A stretch of DNA of 64,000 nt. Source: Octopus vulgaris. Its lineage: Eukaryota. The notes under the pieces are model-generated. The model was given only the letters and a program-made list of their open reading frames with translations. It made no database searches and had not been told where the DNA came from. The stretch is from the NCBI GenBank assembly GCA_951406725.2, contig OX597834.1, positions 23,684,001 through 23,748,000 on the forward strand, given 5' to 3'. Positions 57,641 to 64,000 of the stretch are shown here, in pieces. How positions within the stretch are numbered: position 1 is the stretch's first letter; each line of letters begins with the position of its first letter. Both the position numbers and the translations under genes were made by a program.

Positions 57641-59755
57641 TCAGTGAATATGTTTGTGCTTCTTTAAGATACCACTTCCAGAAAACGATTTACCACAGAT
57701 ATCACAGTGATATGGTTTCTCTCCTGTATGTGTACGTTTGTGATAAGATAAGCCATGTTTTTGAGAAAATGATTTACCACAAATATAACAGGGATATGGC
57801 TTCTCACCAGTGTGAATACGTTTGTGAGCAGTTAAGTTACCACTTTTAAAAAATGATTTATCACAGACATCACAGTGATACGGTTTCTCTCCTGTATGAA
57901 TGTTCATGTGCCTCGTTAAATGATAATTTCCTGGGAATGATTCACCACAGATGCCACACTGATAGGGTTTCTCTCCTGTATGAATACGTTTGTGAATAGT
58001 TAAGTTACTACTCACACAGAATGATTTATCACAGACGTCACAATGATATGGCTTCTCCCCTGTATGAATACGTTTGTGACTTCTTAAGTGACTTTTTTGA
58101 GAGAATGATTTACCACATATATCACAGCGATATGGCTTCTCTCCTGTATGAATACGTTTGTGATCAGTCAAAGAAGTATTTCTAGAGAAGGATTTACCAC
58201 AGATATCACAGCGATATGGCTTCTCTCCTGTATGAATACGTTTGTGATCAGTCAAAGAAGTATTTCTAGAGAAGGATTTACCACAGATATCACAGCGATA
58301 TGGCTTCTCTCCTGTATGAGTACGTTTGTGTACAGTTAATTGACAATTTTGAAAGTATGATTTACCACAAATATCACAGGGATAAGGTTTCTTTCCTGGA
58401 TGGACGCTTTTGTGAGCAGTTAAGTCACCACTCTGAGAGAAGGATTTGCCACAGATATCACAGCAATATGGCTTCTCCCCGGTATGGATTCGTCTGTGTA
58501 CTGTTGCTTTACTCTTTGAAGTGAATGATTTACCACAAATATCACAAGAATATGGTTTCTTTCCCATATGAATTAATTTGTGTGTAGTTAATTTAGCATT
58601 TGATGAGAATGATTTACCACAGGCATCACATGAATATGGCTTCTCACCTGTATGAATACTTTTATGTAAAGTTAGATGAATTCTTTGAGAGAATGATTTA
58701 CCACAGATATCACAGTGATATGGCCTCTCACCTGAATGAATGCATTTGTGTTTTGTTAAGTTACTACCATTAGAGAATGATTTCCCACAGATATCACAGC
58801 AATATGGCTTCTCCCCAGTATGCGTACGGTTGTGAATAGCCAAGTGACTGTTTGCAGAAAATGATTTGCCACAAATAACACAGTGATGCGGTTTCTTCCC
58901 AATGTGAATGTGTTTGTGTCTCGACAACTCACTACTTTGGGAGAATGGTTTACCACAGGTATCACAAAGATATGGCTTTTCACTTGTGTGAACAAGTTTG
59001 TGTTTAGTTAAGTGACATATTTGAGAGAATGAATCACCACAGATATCACAAAGATACGCCCTCTCAACAGTATGAACATGCTTGTGTTTAGATAAGTTAC
59101 CAATTATCGAGAAACATTTTCCACATATATCACACCGATATGGTTTCTCTCCTGTATGAATACGTGTGTGTTTTATTAACAAAGTATTTTCAGAGAATGA
59201 TTTACCACAGATTTCACAGGGATATGGCTTCTCTCCTGTATGAATACATTGGTGCCTGGACAAATGACATTTTTGAGAAAATGATTTCCCACAGATAACA
59301 CACCGATATGGTTTCTCTCCTGTATGAGTACGTGTGTGTCTTGTTAACACGCTATTGTCAGAGAATGATTTATCACAGATGTCACAGTGATAAGGTTTCT
59401 CTCCTGTATGAATGCGTTTGTGTTTGGACAAATGACATTTTTGAGAGAATGCGTCACCACAGATGTCACAGTGATATGGTTTCTCCCCTGTATGAATACG
59501 TTTGTGAGTAGTTAAATTACCAATCTGGGAGAATGATTTGCTACAAATATCACAACGGTATGGTTTCTCTCCTGAAAATGATTTCCCACAGATATCACAA
59601 TATGGTTTCTCTTCAGTATGAATACATTTGTGAGTGATTAGGCTACCTTTTTGAGAGGTATTACATTGATACAATGTTTTATCTGTCTCTTTCAACATCT
59701 CATCAGAATAATCAATATATTTCAGATCTTTTGCAACTGTCCCCTCACAACTCAT
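57641..59755 (-). CDS. C2H2 zinc-finger protein C, about 23 intact fingers plus 2 degenerate N-terminal fingers
   Basis: 704-aa ORF; exon begins at 60123 after acceptor. Confidence 0.95.
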   Translation of the reverse strand: MSCEGTVAKDLKYIDYSDEMLKETDKTLYQCNTSQKGSLITHKCIHTEEKPYCDICGKSFSGEKPYRCDICSKSFSQIGNLTTHKRIHTGEKPYHCDICGDAFSQKCHLSKHKRIHTGEKPYHCDICDKSFSDNSVLTRHTRTHTGEKPYRCVICGKSFSQKCHLSRHQCIHTGEKPYPCEICGKSFSENTLLIKHTRIHTGEKPYRCDICGKCFSIIGNLSKHKHVHTVERAYLCDICGDSFSQICHLTKHKLVHTSEKPYLCDTCGKPFSQSSELSRHKHIHIGKKPHHCVICGKSFSANSHLAIHNRTHTGEKPYCCDICGKSFSNGSNLTKHKCIHSGERPYHCDICGKSFSQRIHLTLHKSIHTGEKPYSCDACGKSFSSNAKLTTHKLIHMGKKPYSCDICGKSFTSKSKATVHRRIHTGEKPYCCDICGKSFSQSGDLTAHKSVHPGKKPYPCDICGKSYFQNCQLTVHKRTHTGEKPYRCDICGKSFSRNTSLTDHKRIHTGEKPYRCDICGKSFSRNTSLTDHKRIHTGEKPYRCDICGKSFSQKSHLRSHKRIHTGEKPYHCDVCDKSFCVSSNLTIHKRIHTGEKPYQCGICGESFPGNYHLTRHMNIHTGEKPYHCDVCDKSFFKSGNLTAHKRIHTGEKPYPCYICGKSFSQKHGLSYHKRTHTGEKPYHCDICGKSFSGSGILKKHKHIH
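58125..58320 (-). repeat. Perfect 84-bp tandem duplication of one zinc finger in gene C
   Basis: Two identical [28 protein letters not shown] units. Confidence 0.92.
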
Positions 59756-61639
59756 TTTTCTTAATATTGCTTCTCTTTCCCTACAATACAGATATTTTTT
59801 TCTAGTTTTAGCTTTTTAAATCTGTCTCCACAAAATATTTCTACTGTTTTATTTCCATCACCGGTTACTTTTGTCAATATCTGGAGTTGTTGTAAACTCT
59901 TTTGTAAATTTGCCTTAACTTATTCCAATCAATGAAGCAGAAAAGTTTTGCTATTATTCCCAGTTCACAGGAAATATTTCATTTCCCAATAAATTCCATC
60001 ATGGATTTATGTAAGTAGGGTTATATCTGTTCTCTGAAACATCATCCTTTAGTCTTGAAAAGATAAATATTGTTGATGGAACTGAAGTAAAATATTTTTG
60101 TGTGCCAATGTCATCTGATATTTCTGAAATAAAAAAAGAAACAGTATAAGATACAGGGGATGCTTGTCTGCGTATATAGTACATATATTCTACATATTTT
60201 GTGCATATATTGGTCTAAGTATATGTGTATATAGCCTACATATTTAGTATGTGCACATAGTTATCTACATGTGGAGGTGCAATGGACTAGAGGTTAGGGG
60301 AACAGACTCACGGTCGTAGGATCACGGTTTCGATTCCCAGACTGGGCGTTGTGAGTGTTTAATGAGCGAAAACACCTAAACACATAGATGTCGCTATAGT
60401 AATTAGCAAGCTTTGATTTAAAGCAGGAATAAGAAATCCAGGATACAGTGTACTTTTATCTAAAATAATCAAACGACGTGATGCGCGGCTATTCTAATCA
60501 GAGGGAGTTTTTTTTTCCGAACAAAAGTAAGTGGTTTGTAGCATATTAGGTCAGGGTACTTGATTACATGGAAAAACCCGAGGGTTTTTTCCCCGTTCTT
60601 TCGGTGAAAATATCAAAATTTACTGAAAAAGGCCACCTGACTACGTTTTGGGCTTCCTCAACTTCAACAACTATGCTGATCAATTTTTACTCCTGAAGAT
60701 GACGCAACAGTACAAAATAACGACGGAATACTTCCAATGTAATGATTTCAAACAGAAAGGGAAAGAATAAGCAGAAATCAGAACATACTCATTTTGCCCC
60801 ACCCCTAATTAAATAATAGACTACATTACACGTATAAAGGTTATTAGGATACTTCAAGTAAGCATGTAATTGTTTATATTTGTTAAATCGCTGAATTCAG
60901 ACCAGTGAAAATAAAATGAATGTAGGCGTGTGACTAGCAACATTAAAAGGACTTCAATTACCAAATCTGTAATTTACTTCCTATTTGTAACAGTTAATCC
61001 TGGGTTTTCAAAAATAAAACGTGAAAATTTCAGTTTGGAAGCATTATCTTGTAGAGAGAAATCAGATAGACGAGAAATATCTTTTTTTTTTTGTTCCCTG
61101 GTGTAATGATTTTTAACTTTGTAACCTTTCCAGCCTTTAGTCAAGAATTCGTAGTCTCAGAATAAAGCGACGAAGCGGATGTCATAACTTTCGATACAAC
61201 ACGTTTGTGCACATTGGAATCTCGCACATACTCCTTGTTTGTTTATGTGTGTGTATATTTTGTATATATGATTGATTGATGATAGATAAATAGATAGATA
61301 GATGATAGATATAGATAGATGATAGATAGATAGAGATAGATGATAGGTAGATAGAAGATAGATAGATTTAATATACATTTGCTATAGTCAAGGAGAACAA
61401 CTCCAATAACAAAACACTTTATTAACACTAAAATAAATATTACGTATTATTGTTTTTACAAAGAACAAGTTCAATGAAGATGAAAGACAAAAGATATGTG
61501 CATTTGAAGAGATCAGTGAAAACAGTGGGCAGGTAGAAAGAACGAAAGAACCATGAAACATTGTCAGTATTTATAGCAACACAATGAAAGGCAAACATTT
61601 CTGAAAGTTCACGTTATGTTATGTGTGTGTGTGTGTGTG

Positions 61640-62420
61640 TAACTTTTTTAGGCCACGTTCAAAGAACCCTATTTCTTTTCTTGAAAAAAATAATCTGAAG
61701 TCTTCAATTGACTCTGTTTCTGAATGGGATTTGCCTCTTATAAAATCTTCTAATAATTGGAACGATGGAAATCTGTAGGTGCTAAGTCGGGTGAGTATGG
61801 AGGACGTGGAAGAACTTACCATCCTAAAGATCTTCCTTTTCCGTCTTGGGTTTGCAGCAGGCGATGGAATGTTGTGTTTGGTTCTCAAGCGTCAGCTCAT
61901 GTGGAACCCAAATTCCTTCTTTGCATGTTTTGCCAATTTGCTTGAGATGTTCGTGGACAGTTGAACGTGACACGTTAAATTTTTGCGCTAAATTTCTGGT
62001 GCTTTGACGCGGATCTGATTCAATAGTCTCATTCAAAAATTCGTCATTCAGGGCGGGTCGTCTTCCAGAGCGAGGCCTGTCGGATATGTCATAATCACCA
62101 TCTTTAAACCTTTTAAACCACAGCCGACACGTACGAGCTTTCACTGCATCCGGATACACTTCACAAATGTTTTTCATTGCTTCTGTAGTGGAACTATTCC
62201 TTCGAAACTCATACAGTAAACAATGACGAATATGTTGTTTGTGAAATTTCTTTTCATCCATGGAATTAATTACTGAAATAGCTTTGACAGAAGAGACGAT
62301 ATACTATTTCTAGGCATTTCCCTCCCATTCGACCTTAACTGTGACTTGATTGGTTGATACATATTTCATAGTGGTCAAAAACAAAAAAAATACGCAATTA
62401 CTTTCCGAGCACATCATTAT
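61640..62420 (-). mobile_element. Internally deleted mariner element with intact N-terminal HTH ORF (61824-62261)
   Basis: HIRHCLLYEF…WFKRFKDGD..D.PRSGR…WVPHEL, then a jump to the YSPDLAP region; TIR-like end near 62395-62420. Confidence 0.88.
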
Positions 62421-62530
62421 ATGTATGTGTGTATACGTACAGGTGTGGCTGTGTAGTAGAAAGCTTGCTTCCTAACCACGTGTTTTAAGGTTCATCCCCA
62501 CTGCATGGTACCTTGGGCAAGTGTCGTCTG

Positions 62531-62905
62531 GGATCTTTTCGGTTTGAACGGCAGTTTTTTCTAGCGGTGTCATATGAAATTGTCACCCATAATTATGACC
62601 CTAGTATCGATCTATTGCATTTCAATCTGTTTTAGGGTTAGGGTGGGGGGAAGGGTATAAACCCAATCTGTTTCTTAAACGAGGGACATATTCATACGGC
62701 ACATAATGTTTTCACCTCAATAGACGTCATTGATTGGTTGAAATTGAAGAAAAAAAAACAAATATCTTACAAACTATAGAATTTTCTCAATAAAGCCAAG
62801 AGAAAAAGATGTTTTATAAACACATTCTACCAGTATACGAAATTTAAACGTGTTTAGTTACGTGGAAATTATTTTAAAAAATTGCCGGTCAAACCGAAAA
62901 GATCC
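62531..62905. mobile_element. GGATC-ended MITE, third copy, nested in a SINE
   Basis: Same TIRs; imperfect 8-bp TSD gtcgtctg/gtcatttg. Confidence 0.82.
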
Positions 62906-64000
62906 GTCATTTGTTATAGTATTGGGCCTACCAAAGCTTTGTTAGTGGAATTAGTAGATGGAAACTAAAAGCAGCCTATTGTACATGTGTGTAGCTGTGT
63001 GTCTTTGCATTTGTGTTTGTTCCCACCACCACTTGACGATGGGTGTTGGTGTGTTTACATCCCTGTAACTTGGTGGTTCAGCAAAAGAAACAGATAGAAT
63101 AAGTACCAGGTTTTAAAAACATAAGCACTGCGATTGAATCAAATGACTGAAACAAATAAAGGTAAAAGATTTGTGGCTGTGTGGTAAGTAGCTTGCTTAC
63201 CAACTACATGATTCCAGGTTCATTCCCACTACGTGGCACCTTGGGTGTCTTCTACTATAACCTCGGGCCGACCAAAGCCTTGTGAGTGGATTTGGTAGAC
63301 GGAAACTAAAAGAAGCCTGTCATATATATATATATGTGCGTGCGTGTTTGTCCCCCCAACATCGCTTGACAACCGATGCTGTTGTGTTTACGTCCTCGTA
63401 ACTTAGCAGCAAAAGAGACCGATAGAATAAGTACTAGGCTTACAAAGAATAAATCCTGGGGTCGATTTGCTTGATTAAAAGGTGGTGCTCCAGCATGGCC
63501 ACAGTCAAATGACTGAAACAAGTAAAAGAGAGAGTAAAGAGATATCATCCTTTAATGTTTCCATGCTGGCATAGGTTGGATGGTTTGGTTGGAGCTGGTA
63601 AGCCAGAGAGCTGCACCAGTATCCAGTCTGATTTGGCTTGGTTTACAGCGTGTGCTGGGTGCTTTTAACATGATACTGCACGAGTGCTATTACAGGACCC
63701 TTGTGGCACTGGTACAGAACCCTTGTAGGCCAATCTTCCTCACCAGGGAGAGCAACCTTAACACTTCTGCCGTATAGGACAGGTCTTCTTGAGGACAGCA
63801 AGGTACCACGTATCTCAGTATATATACAAGATAGCAGCATACGGTTGTGCGCACAATGAGAGCTAGCAGTGACCTTCATGAGGTAATGTGCCAAATGACA
63901 TCATTGGGTTTACTTTGCAGGTTGTGAAATTTGCGTTTTTGTGATCACATGTATGCTGTAGTCTGTGATTTTTGTCATGGACATGGTCAGTGCATAGATA

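Noticed and set aside
62630-62650. TTAGGG telomeric repeats
   Set aside because: Only two units, inside the MITE and variable among its copies; not an interstitial telomere.

Overview
AT-rich, repeat-dense eukaryotic DNA. The repeat families and the zinc-finger cluster style point to an Octopus (coleoid cephalopod) genome; the species cannot be determined from the sequence. Left third (292-18239, minus strand): an intron-rich UBXN11 orthologue that the ORF track misses. I reconstructed 11 phase-consistent coding exons by hand; the UBX-domain exons would lie beyond the left edge. Right two-thirds: a cluster of seven C2H2 zinc-finger genes, each with a single coding exon, in three subfamilies (A1-A4, B1-B2, C). 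The cluster was built by direct and inverted segmental duplications and shows finger shuffling, premature stops and fossil finger tails. Between and inside the genes lie SINEs, RTE and CR1-type LINE fragments, mariner relics and MITEs. Several small elements sit in microsatellites, mostly as fold-backs, and carry hammerhead-ribozyme motifs (Penelope-like). All coordinates were read by eye; repeat boundaries are approximate.
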